Shown: one piece after another, positions 13,710-27,554 of the stretch
How positions within the stretch are numbered: the stretch's first letter is position 1
How the letters are laid out: each line of letters starts with the position of its first letter
NCBI RefSeq assembly: GCF_963921235.1
Contig: NC_086097.1
Location: 60,390,001 to 60,454,000 of the forward strand
Direction: 5' to 3'
From: Mobula hypostoma
Lineage: Eukaryota
Length of the DNA: 64,000 nucleotides
Made by a program: the position numbers and the translations under genes
Notes under the pieces: model-generated
Told to the model about the DNA's origin: nothing
The model's input: the letters and a program-made list of their open reading frames with translations, nothing else
Databases searched by the model: none

Positions 13710-16700
13710 CATCTCTTCTGGGGAAGGTGTGACCTGTATGAAAAGGATGGGTTACACCTGAATCTAACAGGGACCAATACTTTTGTAGGCAGGCTTGCCA
13801 GAGCTGTTGGGGATGGTTTAAGCTAAGTCGGCAGAGGGGACGGGAATCGGAGTGACAGGGCTGAGGATGGGACAGTTGACGTAGTTGATGTAGCGTATAG
13901 TGAGACTGTGAGGACGGACAGGCAGATGATAGGGCAAAATTGTAGTCCGTGAGATGAGGTGAAGTAGAATGTGGGTGCAAAATTGAAATGGGTGATGAAT
14001 AAAACAGGACTGAAGGTGTTATATTTGAATGCACGCCTTATATGGAATAAGGTAGATGATCTTATAGCGCAGTTAGGAATTGGCAGATATGATGTTGTGG
14101 GCATCACTGGGACATAGCTAGAAGAAGATCATAATTAGGAGAATAACATCCAAGGAAGCACCTTGTATTGAAAGGACAGGCAGGTGGGCAGGTGGAGTGG
14201 GCAGGGTGACTCTATTAGTAAAAATTGAAATCAAATCCTTAGAAAGTGATGACTTAGGAACAGAAGATGTAGAAACCTATTGGGTAGAGTTAAGAAAGTG
14301 CAAGGGTAAAAAGACCCTGATTGGATTTAAAAATAGGCACTCGAACAATTGCCAGAATGTGGGAAATAAACTTCAACAGGAAATAGAAAAAGGAATGTAA
14401 TAAGGGCAAAGGCTGGCAAGATGGTGGCACTCCTGGATGTAACGGCTTCTATAGGGTCAATCAAAGGTGATATTGTCTTTCTTAAACATATTTTTTACAA
14501 CCTCAAGACCCAACTGAATATTAAGAACTTAAAGTGCAGTAGGTCTACCCCATCAGTGAGTTGCTTGTTGGCAGAGGAACTGAAAGAGCAGAACTTGATG
14601 CAGACCGTGATGCTGCCTGCAACAGGGAGCTTTCAGTGTGGGAAGGAGACATGCAATCGAACAACAAGTGGTCTTCTCAGTCACTTTCCTTGTGATCATA
14701 AGACCCTGGTCGGCATAGGTTGTATTGAATGCTGCAAGGTCAAATCATTGGTTGATTGGCGAAAGTGGGGAAGCTGTGTGGAATCAGTTATGGTGAGGAC
14801 TAGTCCTCAAGGCGCGGTATCGCCTGATTGCAGCTGCCCAGGGGGAGGTGTTGGAGTCGGACACTCCACCAGAGTGCGGGAGGCAGTGAAACGTAGTATC
14901 CTTGCTGGAGTCAATGCTGCCCCCAAATGTTTGAACAGCAGAATACAAGCTGTATTGTGTTCAACCGCAGACTGCTGCAATATTCATGGACTCAGGAATT
15001 TGGACTCCAACTGCATTTTGCTGCCAGATTATGTATGCTTTCGATCTTACATGTGTAACATATGACTTGTGCTGCATATGACTGTTTGTACTGTGTTTTG
15101 CACCTTGGCCCTGGAGTAAAGTTATTTTGTTTGGCTGTATTCACGGGTATTCATGTATGGTTGAACATAATTAAACTTGAATTGAACATACAATTTATGA
15201 TAGTCAAGGGGGATTGCAATATGCAGGTAGATAGGGAAAATCAGGTTGGTTCTGAATCCGTAGAGAGGGGCTTTGTTGAATGCCAACAGCATGGCTTTTT
15301 ACAGCACCTTGTGGTTGAGCCCACCAGGGGAAAGACAATTCTGGATTGGGTGTTGTGTAAAGAACCAGATGTAATTAAGGAGCTTAAGGTAAAGAAGCCC
15401 TTGGGAGATAGTGGCCATATTAACTAGAATACATCCTGCTGTTTGAGAAAGAGAAGATAAAGTCAGATGTATCAGCATGCAGTGGAATAAAATGAATTAA
15501 AGAGGCCTGAGAAAAGAGCTGGCCAAAGTTTATTGGAAGGGAACACTCATAGAGATTATGGGAGAACAACAATGGCTGGTCTTTTTGCAGGCAATGCAGA
15601 AGGTGCAGGATAGATACATCTCAAAGTTAAAGAAGTAAGATGAGGCAACTGTGGCTGACAAGGGAAGTCGAAGACAGCATAAAAACAAAGGAAAGGGCAT
15701 ATACTAGAGCAAAAAATAATGAGAAGTTAGAGGATTGGTAAGCTTTTTAAAATAACAGAAGGCAACCAAAGACTGCATAAAGAGAGAAAAGATTAATTAT
15801 GTAGGGAAGCTCACCAAAAATGTCAAAGAGGATACAAAACATTTTTTCAGATACATAAAGAGTAAAAGAGAAGCAAGCGTGGATATTAGACTGCTGAAAA
15901 TGAGACTGGGGACAAAAAAATCTGTGGATGAACTTACAAAGTATTTTGTGTCAGTCTTCTCTGTGAAAGATAATAGCTGTCTGCCAGAATTTCAAAAGTG
16001 TCAGGTGGCAGAAATGAGTGTGGTTGCTATTATTAAGGAGAAGGTGCTTGGGAAACTGAAAGGTCTGAAGTCACCTGGACCAGATGAACTGAACCCCAGG
16101 ATTCTGAAAGAGATTGTGGGGGCATTAGTAATGATCTCTCAAGAATCACTGAATTCTGGAATGGTTCTAAAGGAATGGAAAATTGCAAATGTCACTCCAC
16201 TCTTTAAGAGGGGAGGAAGAAAGAAGAAAGGAAATTATAGGCCAGTTAGCCTGACTTCAGTAGCTGCAAAGATGTTGGAGTCTATTATTAAGGATCAGGT
16301 TTCAGCATACTTGGAGGCATGTGGTAAAGTAGGCCAAAGTCAGCATGGTTTCCTTGAGGGGAAATCTTGCCCAATAAATCTATTGGAAAACCTTGAGAAA
16401 ATAACAAGCAGGATAGACTAAGGAAAGTCAGTGGATGTTGTTTACTTCGATTTTCAGAAGTCCTTTGGCAAAATGCCAACATGAGGCTGTTTAACAAGAT
16501 AAGAGCCTATGGTATTACAGGACAGATACTAGCATGGATAGAAAATTGGCTGATTGATAGGAGGCAAAGGGTTGGAATAAAGGGAGCCTATTCTGGTTGG
16601 CTAGTGGTTACAAGTGGTGTTTCACAGGGTTCGATACTGGCACTGTCTCTTTTTATGTTATATATCAACAGTTTTGATGTTGGATTTGATGGCTTTGTGG

Positions 16701-17625
16701 TCAAGTTTGCAGATGATATGAAGCTTTATTGAGGGCAGATTGTGTTGAGGAAACAGGGAGTCTGCAGGTGGATTTGGACAGATTAGGAGAATGGGCAAAA
16801 AAAGTGGCAGAAGGAATGTAGTATAGGGAAGTGTGTGGTCATGCAGTTTGGTAGAAGGGATATAGGCACAGACCGTTCTATAAACAGGGAGAAAACTTAA
16901 AATTTAGTGGTGCAAAGGGACGTGGGCATCCTTATGCAGGATTCCCAAAAAGTTAATTTGCAGGTTGAGTCAGTGGTAAGAAAGGCAAATGGAATGTTAG
17001 CATTCATTTTGAGAGAACTAGAATATAAGAACAGGAAAGCAATGCTGAAGCTTTATAAGATATTGGTCAGACTGCACTGGAGCATTGTGAGTAATGCGTG
17101 GGATCCTCATCTGAGAAAAGATGCGCTGGCATCGGAGAAGATCCAGAGGATGTTCATGAGAATAATTCCAGGAATGAAAGGGCAAATTATGACAACTTTT
17201 TGTTAGGTCTGGGCCTGTACTTGCTGGAGTTTAGAAAAATGATGGGGGGGCGGGGAAATCTCATTGAAAGCTACTGAATATTGAAAGGCCTAGGCACAGT
17301 GGATGTGGAAAGGATGTTTCCTGTAGTCGGACCAGGGGCCATAGCTTCAGAATAGAGGGACATCCATTTACTACATAGATAAGAAGAAATGTGTTTAGCC
17401 AGAGAGTGGTGAATCTGTGCAATACGCAATTTGTTGCCACGGGCAAGTGTGGAGGCCAAATCATTGAGTATATTTAAAGCAGAGGTTGATAGACTCTTGG
17501 TAAGTCAGGGTGACAAATGTTTCAGGAGGAAAGCAGGATAATAGGGTTGAGAGGGATAATAAATCAGCCATGATTGAATGGCGGAGCAGACTCAATAGGC
17601 CAAGGGGCCTAATTCAGCTCCTATA
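13710..17625 (+). mobile_element. CR1 LINE, near-complete degraded ORF2 plus end of ORF1; interrupted at about 14411-15187; tail continues at 18408-18432
   Basis: ORF1 end (DGLHLN), endonuclease (VVEPTRGKTILDWVL), RT (KSPGPDELNPRILKE, WKIANVTPLFK, NYRPVSLTS, SGVSQGSIL, KFADDMKL), C-terminus and (tatggtc)n tail. Confidence 0.92.
14411..15187 (+). mobile_element. Non-coding, non-autonomous retroposon inserted in the CR1 endonuclease region
   Basis: CR1 homology stops near 14410 and resumes near 15190; insert begins AAGATGGTGGC and ends in aacttgaattgaa, like the Rex-type tails at 8830-8846 and 43906-43935. Confidence 0.65.
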
Positions 17626-18407
17626 GAGTCATAGAGAAGTACAGTACAGAAACAGGTCCTTTGGCCCATATAGTGCATATCAAAACATTTGAAGTGCCTA
17701 CTCCCATCGATCTGCATTGGGATCATAGTCCTCCATATCCTTACTATCCAAGTACCTACCCAAACTTCACTTAAACATTGAAATCGAGCTGGCATGCACC
17801 ACTTGTGCTGGCAGATAATTCTATTCTCTCATGATTCTCTGAGAGAAGAAGATTCCCCTCATGTTCCTCTTAAAGTTTTCCGTTTTAACCCTCAACCAAT
17901 GACCTCTAGTTGTAGTCTCACCAACCTCAGTGGAAAAAGCCTGCTTGCATTAACCCTATCTATACCCCTCATAATTTTGTACAGTATATGTCCAACAAAT
18001 CTCCTTTTAATCTTCTATGTTATAAGGAATAAAATCCTAACCTATTCAATCTTTCCATTTTAACTCGGGTCTTCCAAACTTAGCAACATCCTTGTAAATT
18101 TTCTCTGTACTCCTTCAACTTTGTTTACATCTTTCCTGTAGGTAGGTGCCAAAACTGCAGACAAATTAGGCCTCAAAAATAACTTATGCATCTTCAACGT
18201 AATACCCCATCTTCTGTACTCAGTGCATCAACTTATTAAAGCCAGTGTCTCAAAAACTTTCTTTGTGACCCTGTCTACCTGTGATGCCACTTTCAATGAA
18301 TTATGGATCTGTGCTCCCAGATCTCTTTGTGTACTGCACTCCTCCGTGCCCTACCATTCACTGTGACCTCATTGGTCCCACTGAAATGCAAAACCTCACA
18401 CTTGTCT
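17626..18407 (-). mobile_element. CR1 LINE 3' fragment inserted in the tail of the preceding CR1
   Basis: Antisense CR1 3'UTR and C-terminal RT sequence; host tail resumes at ttctatatcttatggtc. Confidence 0.75.
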
Positions 18408-18639
18408 TCTATATCTTATGGTCATATGGTCTAATACCACTTCCTGAAAATAGCTAACTGAAAGCAAAAGTGCTGAAGTAGGTTCACTTCATCCACAAAT
18501 CTATCACTTCAAATGATATACTGACCAAGATCACTTGGTTAGGTTGTTGTCTTTACATCATGTCACTAGGCTTTCACAAGTGTCAATCTCTCCTGCTCAT
18601 TTTATAACTGTGATTAGGAAGAAATATGGAGCAGGAATA

Positions 18640-19430
18640 TAATTGGTAATTGTTTACTATTGTCAAACGATATAGGGTGAAAAGCTTTTCTTTACATAGC
18701 AACCAGAGAGATAATTTCATCAGGATAGCGAGATAGTGCGAAAGGAATACTGTAGCAGAATGTAGAACATGGTGCTACAACTACAGAGAAAGAACAGTGC
18801 AAGTAGGCAATAAGTTGTGAGGGCTATGATAAAATAAAAAGATCAAGAAATCACCTTTATTGAATGACAAGTCATTGAAGAATCTGATAACAGTGCAAAG
18901 GAGCTATCATTGAGTGGGGCAGTTGGTGGCTCAGGCTTTTGTATATTCTGCCTGATGGAAGGGGGAAGAAGAGAATGACTGCAGTGATTGAGGACTGTCT
19001 TCCTGGGGAGGATACATTCTATGATAGACTGGGCTGGGCTCACACCTCACTCCAAGTTCTTGTGATTTTGGGCAGAGCTATTGCCATAGCAAGCTTTGAT
19101 GCATCTAAATAGGATACTTTCTGTCATGTAATGGTGAGCCAGAGGTGATAACTCCAACTGCCCTCATCTTCTGAAGTACAGTTGTTGATGATTTTTCTTG
19201 GCCTTAGCATCCATGTACATAACAAGCACAAGCTGTTGATGATACTTAAACATTGGAACATGAAGCTTTCAACTATCTCCATCTTTGCCCCATTGAGACA
19301 GGCAGGGAAGAGTTACTCTGCCCCACTTTCTCAAGTCAATATCAAGGTTTTTTGTTTTTCTGATAATGATAGATAGGTTGTTGTCTTCACCTCATGCCTC
19401 TAAGCTCTTTATCTCTTTCTTATACTCCTC
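18640..19430 (-). mobile_element. Rex1/Babar-type LINE, old degraded copy
   Basis: Degenerate similarity to younger Rex-type copies in this window. Confidence 0.5.
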
Positions 19431-21546
19431 TGTTTCTTCCCTTCAACCATTTGATTCTTCAACCTGATTCCTGCACAACCCTAATTTCTCTCTTACCCCA
19501 CGACCACTCTAAAAAATGTTCTTTCTTGTATAATTTCATATTATTTTGTTTAATTTAAGCTTTTTCTTCTTGTGAATGTTGTGCCTCTGTTCGCATATGC
19601 CTGTGCAACTGCAGATGGAAAGTTCTTCATTGTGCATGTGCACATGAGGATAATTGCGGCAGAAGAAATTATTTTCCCTTTTCCTTGGCCCAGGATGTTG
19701 ATTTCTATTGTAATGCTCTCTTATAGAACATGTCTGAAATCAGTTAACCCAGTAATCAAATCTTAAAAATAAAATACATTAATTCTCTGAAACTGAGTAT
19801 TAGAACTTTTTTAAACAAAGCACTATTATCTTTTTAAGAGCCATTCTTTGTTGCCAAGCTGGGTCCTATATATACTAGATATAAAAAAAAGGATAATCCT
19901 TGGGTGTTTCACACTTCAAAACTGAAAGATTCTGGAATATAAAAGAATCTGTAACTGTATGCTCAAGATGCAATTCAATAATCAGGTGATTGTTACATTA
20001 AGCTACGAGCCCTTTGAACCAAACTGTGCAGGAAAATAAAGTCATTCATCTGGGCGTACAAAACCATGCTCTACTGGGCATCATCGCCCGTGCACCTTCA
20101 GTGATCTCATTACATTGCTGACAAATGTACAAAAGTGCAATTAATTAATTATTATAGCAGCCCCGCAACTTCACTTTTAGTCAAGCCACGGGCCGCTTTC
20201 TGATCATTTTGTTGACGACATTCCTTTTGATTCCTGCTGGTGTTTGCTTTTTAATCACAGGCATATCTGGTGGGTGGATTTTCCCTGCTTTAAAATGTTG
20301 ATATGGAACCAGCATTATCCTTTGCAAGCTGAGACACCTTGAGGCAACCAACAAGACAACATATGAATGCCCACGGTGTTTTATCCAAGGAATAATGCCA
20401 CGTGTGTTCTCATTGATATTCCTGGCTGCAACACTCAGCAAACAGCTAATCCCTTCAGTTAGTGCACGAGGCCCAGTATAGCAAACAATTTAATTCCATC
20501 AGGAATTGCACAAAGTACCTTCACAGCATCTCTAACCTTTCATTGAAAACCCAATTCCAAAGCTGCAAAATCACAAAGAACAGAGGCAAAAAGGAACAAA
20601 TAAACTATTTTTCAATGTTTTCAATTATATAAACAATAGCTTGGATTTTGTTGGCTAATACAGGCAGTTTAGAATCGAACATTTAGACATTTGATCTGCT
20701 AGGAAGCTAACAGATCTTTGCACAATGCATCACCTCTTTACAAACCTCTGCTATTGGCACATAGCCTCAGTGGTTGGAATTATGGAACAGGTATCAGGAT
20801 TAAATGATTCAAAACATATCATTCTATTAAAATTAAATTAAAAAGTTTCATCTTAAAATTCTTACACAACACTAAAGTAAAAGATATTAACAAATCTCTT
20901 GGATTGGATTGAACTGGGGTCATTGCACTCCAAAATTCGAGAGATAAGATTCATCCCCCCTCCCCCCACCCCCCAACACCTCTCCCTTCTGATTTTCATC
21001 CTTAATCTTCTGGAACTATGGCTTAGAATCTCTTTTTTATATAGTGCTCCAAGCAACTGTCTGAATCTCATGCGGCTAATCTTAACAAATGTTTGCAATT
21101 CCCATCCAAGTCTCACGCCATCCAGATTTAGGTCACTGGAATTTCATCACCAATCAGCTTAAGTCTTGGACAGCTTTACTTAATAACTCTATCAGAAGCA
21201 TCTCCCCTTAAAAGATTGAAGTAATTCAAGATAACATCTTGCCACCTTTCTTCTTTGGGAAATTGTAATACACATGAATTGTATTGATACTCCATAAATA
21301 TCATAGAAAGACAACCAGCTTTAATCATCTCAGAGTGATTTATTGAATCATCTCCACTTGGCAGCTAGCAAGTATGCATAGATTGGTCAATTGGTATTGT
21401 CACATCTACTTAAGTACAGAGAAAAACTTTGTTTTGCATTCCATCTTCACAGATCATTTGATTGCTGCAGTATATGTAAGTAGTACCAAGAGGCAACAAT
21501 ATATAAATACAGTATATGGGTGTTATAATTACAGAGGAAGTGCAGA

Positions 21547-22402
21547 ACTTTATACTTTATACTTTATTGTCACCAAACAATTGATACTAGAACATACAAT
21601 CATTATAACGATATTTGATTCTGTGCTTCCCACTCCCTCGATTACAAATCGATAGTAAATATTAAAAAAATTAAATTATAAATCATAAACAGAAAATAGA
21701 AAAATAGAAAGTAAGGTAGTGCAACAAAACCGAGATGCAGATCCGGATATTTGGAGGGTACGGCCCAGATCCGGGTCAGGATCCGTTCAGCAGTTTTATC
21801 ACAGTTGGAAAGAAGCTGTTCCCAAATCTGGCTGTATGAGTCTCCAAGCTCCTGAGCCTTCTCCCGGAGGAAAGAGGGCTGAAAAGTGTATTGGCTGGGT
21901 GTGTCGTGTCCTTGATTATCCTGGCAGCACTGCTCCAACAGCGTGCGGTGTAAAGTGAGTCCAAGGATGGAAGATTGGTTTGTGTGTTGTCCTGCACCAT
22001 GTTCATGATCTTCTGCAGCTTCTTCCAGTCTTGGACTGGACAACTTCCATACCAGGTTGTGATGTACCCTAGAAGAATGCTTTCTACGGTGCATCTATAA
22101 AAATTACTGAGGGTTTTAGGGGACAGGCCAAATTGTTTTAGTTTTCTCAGGAAGTAAAGGCACTGGTGGGCCTTCTTGGCAGTGACTCTGTTTGGTTGGA
22201 CCAAGTCAGGTCATTTGTGATATTGACCCTGAGGAACTTGAAGTTTTTGACCTGTTCCACTTGCGCACCACAGATGTAAATTGGATCGTGCGTTCCGCTA
22301 CTCCTTCTGAAGTCAACAACCAATTCCTTCGTCTTGCTGACGTTGAGGGATAGGTTATTGTCTTCGCACTATGCCACCAGGTTCTTAATTTCCTCGCTGT
22401 AC
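21547..22402 (-). mobile_element. Rex1/Babar LINE, young 5'-truncated copy
   Basis: KKAHQCLYFLRKLKQFGLSPKTLSNFYRCTVESILLG...SFFPTVIKLLN; (aaagtat)n tail; nearly the same sequence as 32010-32899 and 59100-59988. Confidence 0.9.
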
Positions 22403-22534
22403 AGACAAACAATAAGGTGCAAGGCCATACCAAAGTGGATTGTGAGATCAGACATCAGTCTCATTGCCCTAGGGCCATAAATTGAGTATGTGTGAAAATC
22501 AAGACCCATGCAGAGTAATACATTTCTTCTGATA

Positions 22535-23460
22535 ACATCAGAAATCAGGTTTATTACCACTGACATGTGTTGTGTGATTTATAGTATTATGACAGCAGTA
22601 CAGTGCATAACATAAAAACTTTACTGTAAGTTGCAATGAAAATAATAAAATTTACAAAAGAGGAATAGTGAGGTTGTGTTCATAGGTTCATTACTGTTCA
22701 GAAAAATAATGGTGGAGATGAAGAAGCTGTTTGCAAAACATTGAGAGTGCATCTTCAGGCTTCTCTGATGGTAAGAAAGACAAGAAGGCATGTCCCAAAT
22801 GATGAGAGTCTGTAATGATGGATGCCACCTTCTTGCAGCACTGCCTCTAAAATATGTCCTAGGTGGTAGGGTGACATGATGAAGCTGGCTGAGTCTACAA
22901 ATGTCTGTGGCCTTGTTTGGTGCTGTGCATTGTAGACTCCATAGCAGGTGGCAATGCAACCAGTCAGAATGGTCTCCACATGCTTCTGTAGAAAGTTGCT
23001 AGAGTCTTTGTGATGTACCAAACTGCCACAATCTCCTAATGAAGTGTGGTGTACCTTATTCATAATTGCATCAATGTGTTGAAAACAGGATAGATCATCT
23101 AGATGTTGATATCAGGGATCTGACGCTGCTTGCCCTTTCCCCTGCTGACCTCTCAATGAGGAATGGTGTGTGTTCGCATGACTTCCACTTTCTGAAGACC
23201 ACAATCAATTCCTTGGTCTTGGTGATGCTGAGTGCAAGATTACTCTAACACACTCAGCCATTCAATCTATGTCACTCCTCTGTGCCACCTCATAACCTTT
23301 TGACATTCTAAAAACAATAGTAGTGTCATTGGAGAATTTATAGATGCTGCTTGAGCTGTGCCTAACCACATAGTCATGAATGTAGAAAGAGTAGAACAGT
23401 GAGCTAAGCACACAGCCTTGGAGTGCAGCAGTCTTGATTTTCAGCAAAGAGGAGATAGTA
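22535..23460 (-). mobile_element. Rex1/Babar-type LINE, degraded
   Basis: QGCVLSSLFYSFYIHDYV...IYKFSNDTTIV; VETILTGCIAT. Confidence 0.75.
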
Positions 23461-23469
23461 CGCATTGCC

Positions 23470-23872
23470 CATGGTCTAAATGGCTTTGACCATGGAATGA
23501 TTGTTGGTGCCAGATGGGGTGATTTGAGTATTTCAGAAACTTCTGAGATTTTCACACCTAACAATCTCTAGGGTTTACAGAGAATGGTGCGAAAAACAAG
23601 AAAGCATCCAGTGAGAGGCAATACTATGGGTGAAAACATACTGTAATGAGAGAGGTCAGTCGAAAATGGCCAGACTTGTTCAAACTCCCAGGAAGGCAAC
23701 AGTAACTCAGATAACCATGGGTTACAGCAGTAATGTGCAGAAGACCATCTCTGAATGCATAACACATTGAACCTTGATGTGGAAGGAGCACAGCAGCAGT
23801 ATACTTCAAACATACACTCAGTGGCCACTTTATTAGACACAGGAGATACCTAATAAAGTGGCCACAGCATGT
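23470..23872 (+). mobile_element. Tc1/mariner DNA transposon remnant (N-terminal HTH region) ending in a TIR hairpin
   Basis: Frameshifted pieces resembling Tc1 transposase N-terminus (FDHGMIVGARWG, ISRVYREW, MARLVQTPRKATVTQIT); TA followed by CACTCAGTGGCCACTTTATTAG at 23813-23836 and its inverted copy at 23850-23865. Confidence 0.8.
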
Positions 23873-25009
23873 GTGTCTCCCTGGTATTACACTGTCATGG
23901 GTCCTTTGCCATTGGTTTATTGAATAATCTGGATATACAAACGTAAAAGATCTGCTTTGGCTTATCCCAAGAGAGGAACTCCTCTGGTGTCAAGCCTATA
24001 TATTTTTTACACTAACCATTGTCAAGAAGTATTGAATATTTTGATTGTTATTGATGGGGGCCTCAACTCCGTTAAAAACAGTTGTTTAGAAAAGTTTCAT
24101 GGCACTGTACAGACTTACATAAATGTATTTCTGGAGAAGGATAAGATAAGTAAGTTAGTCATACAAAGTGGAAGACAGAATAGATTTGTTCCCAACTGCA
24201 AATGCAAGTGTTTCTATGGTATCATTCCTGTTGAGAAACACTGCTTTACACTGATATGCCTCCAATATTTCAAGCAGGAAAATATAGAAGGGCAACTATG
24301 ACATATTTACAGATTAAAGGCAAAGGATTAAACATAAGGCAAAATCATAAACTTGTTTATCGTAAAATAATCTATGATTGTTCAACATATAATGAATAAA
24401 AGGTCTTGTCCTAATGGTGTTAAGTCTATATTGGAATAAATGCTCTGGAAAATTTGAATACTTACACAATTATCAAAACCAGAATCCAATAGTCTACAAT
24501 TGATGGAGAAATTACTGTGAACATAGGATTCTTTTGAGGGTAGAATATTGTCTAAATATATGAAGGTATATCAATTCTTTCAACTAAATGTATCCACATT
24601 CTGCAATTTTATTTTTGATTCTCATTTACTTGAATTGTACCAGAACGATTCCAGGATTGAGTAATTTCAATCATAAGGTTCAAGTGGAGAAACTGAGTTA
24701 GTTCCCTTTGGAGCAAAATAAAAATTGTGTGGTGATTTGATAGATGTATTTGGATATGGGACATATGAAAAGGTTGCTTCCATTAATAGATGCTTAGGGC
24801 AAGGTCAGGTGTTCTAAATGATGTGCAAACTAATTATAGAGAGGATATGAGAAAAAAACCATTTAATGGAAGTTGATTATGATCTAGAATTCACTTGTCA
24901 AGTATGGTGGCTTTCAAATATGTATTGGATTGACACTGAAATGAAAATAACCCACAGGTCGATTCGGAAAGTTTGAACTTTGAACTTTGTTGTGTTGTAA
25001 AGAGTACTT

Positions 25010-26765
25010 CTGAACTGATTTAAAAAAAAATGGAGGACAAACGGAATAAATATCTGGCACCAGCCTTCACTGCAGAAGACATTAGCAGTATGGTGGAAGT
25101 TCCAGGTGACAGGGGACACAAAGAGTATGAAGTTATCATAACTAGAGAGAAGGTTCTTGGGAAATTGAAAGATCTGAAGGTAGATAAATTACCTGGACCA
25201 GATGTATGAACCCCAGGATTCTGAAAGAGGTGGCTGAGGAGATTGTGGAAGGCATTAGTAATGACCTTTCAAGAGTCACCAAATTCTGGAACAGTTCTGG
25301 AAGACTGAAAAATTACAAATGTCATTCCACACTTTAAGAAGGAAGAGAGGCAGAGGATAGGAAACTATAGGTCAGTTAGTCTGACCTCAGTGGCTGGGAA
25401 GATATTGGAGTTGATTATTAAGGATAAGGTCAGGGTATTTGGAGGCACATGGTAAAATAGGCTGTGGTCAGCATAATTTCCTCAAGATAAAATCCTGCCT
25501 GAAAAATCTGTTGGAATTCTTTGAAGAAATATCAAGCAGGATAGACAAAGGAGAATCGATTGATGTTGCGAACTTGGATTTTCGGAAGGCCTTCGACAAG
25601 TTGCCACACATGAGACGGCTTAACAAGCTATGAGTCCATGTATTACTGGAAAGGTTCCAGAATGGATAAAGCAGAGGCTGATTGGCAGTGGGCAAAAAAG
25701 TGGGAATACAGGGAGCCTTTTCTGTTTGGCTGCCAGTGACTAGTGGTGTTCCACAGGGGCCCGCACTGGGACCGATTCTTTTTATGTTTTATGTCAATGA
25801 TTTGGATGATGGAATTGATGGCTATGTTTCTAAATTTGCAGATGTTATGAAGATAATTGGAGGGGCAGGTAGGTTTGAGGAAGCAGAGAGGCTTTAGAAG
25901 GAATTGAACAGATTTGGAGAATGGGCAAAGAAATGGCAGAAGGAATATAGTGTTGGGAAGTGTATGGTCATGTGCTTTGGTAGAAGAAATAAAAGGGTTG
26001 AATATTTTTTAAAATAAAAGAAAATATAAAATAAATTGGTGCACAAAGGGACTTGGGAGTCCTTTTGCACAATTCCCTAAAGGTTAATTTGCAGTTTGAA
26101 GAAGGCAAATGCAATGTTAGCTTTCATTTCAAGTTAACTGGAATATAAAAGCAAAGATGTAAAGTCGAGACTTTAAGTTCAGTTGAGTAAAGGTGAGACC
26201 TTACTTGGAGTATTGTGAACAATTTTGGTCCCCTTATCTTAGAACTGATGTGCTGAAACTGGAGAGGGTTCAAAGGAGGTTCATGAAAATGATTCCAAGA
26301 TTGAATGGCTTTTCATGTGAAAAACGTTTGATGGCTCTGGGCCTGAATTCACTGGAATTGAGAAGAATGAGGGGTGACCTCATTGAAACCTATCAAATGG
26401 TGGAAGGCCTTGACAGAGTGGATATGGAGAGGATGTTTCCTATGGTGGAAGAGTCTAAGACCAAAGGATATAGCCTCAGAGTAGAGGGGTTTCCTTTTAG
26501 AACGGAGATGAGGAGGAACTACTTCAGCCAGAGAGTGGTGGATCTGTGGAATTCTTTTCCACAGGTAGCTTTGGAGGCCAAGTCTTTACGTATATTTAAG
26601 TCAGTGGTTGTTAGGTTTTTGATTGGTTAGGGCATGAAGTGATACAGGGAGAAGGCAGGAGATTGGGGCTGAGAGGAAAATTGGATCAGCCATGAAGAAA
26701 TGGTGGAGCAGATCTGATGGGCCAAATGGTGTAATTCTGCTCACATGTCTTATGGTCTTATGATG
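25010..26765 (+). mobile_element. CR1 LINE, 5'-truncated RT and 3' end
   Basis: LDFRKAFDKLPH, SGVPQGPALGPILF, SKFADVMKI, RPYLEYCEQFWSP, FSQRVVDLWN; (tcttatgg)n tail. Confidence 0.92.
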
Positions 26766-27554
26766 TGAAATATTATTTATCTGTCTCTCCCTCTCTCTCT
26801 TCACAGGTGCTGTTTGATCTGCAGAGTATTTCTAGTATTTCATTTCATTAGATATTTTATTAGATAAATTAGATAAATGCACATCAAAAAATTCCTTAAT
26901 CATATTCGTAAAATAAAATTTCAGAAATATCTCTGTGAACAGTAACCTGTTAAAAATTAATATAATCAAGTGATATGGTGACATTACAAACCCAATATAG
27001 AACAAGTGCAGCATCTGGATATAAATTCAAAATGGGAATGAAGTGCTGTGTTTGATTTCCTAATATAGTTAGTATAATCTGATGTATATTTTAAAATAAC
27101 ATCCTGTTTGCTCACACATTGATGCAATGCAACACAGGAAGAGGAACAGAGAGTAATACAATAGCTGAATAAATGAGGACTCTTAATTCTGGTTTTCTCA
27201 CTAAATATAGATTGTTGAGAATTGCTCTGCACAATGTAAGACCACATAACTCCAAAATAATAACACCTCAGTAGGTTAAAATGATAATAAAACATTCTTG
27301 CTACTCTTTTCAAGCTTTAATACCCAATGTATTCAAATACTAGTACAGATAAATTCCTTCATTGTTCCTTCGCCTCTCAGCCAGAAGCAATACATATGAA
27401 TGGAAGTCTGTAGGCCCTTGTTGCTTACACTTCTCTGAATTTAGCCTGAACGTTTCTGGTTTAGGTAAACTTGCTGAGGCTCCAAGCAATACATTCTATA
27501 AAGCCTTACTCTTAAAATGACAAAAAAGACTATAAATGAAATAAAAGATATACA

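Noticed and set aside
14421..15065. 214-aa ORF in the insertion within CR1
   Set aside because: No recognisable motif; probably a chance ORF in a non-coding retroposon
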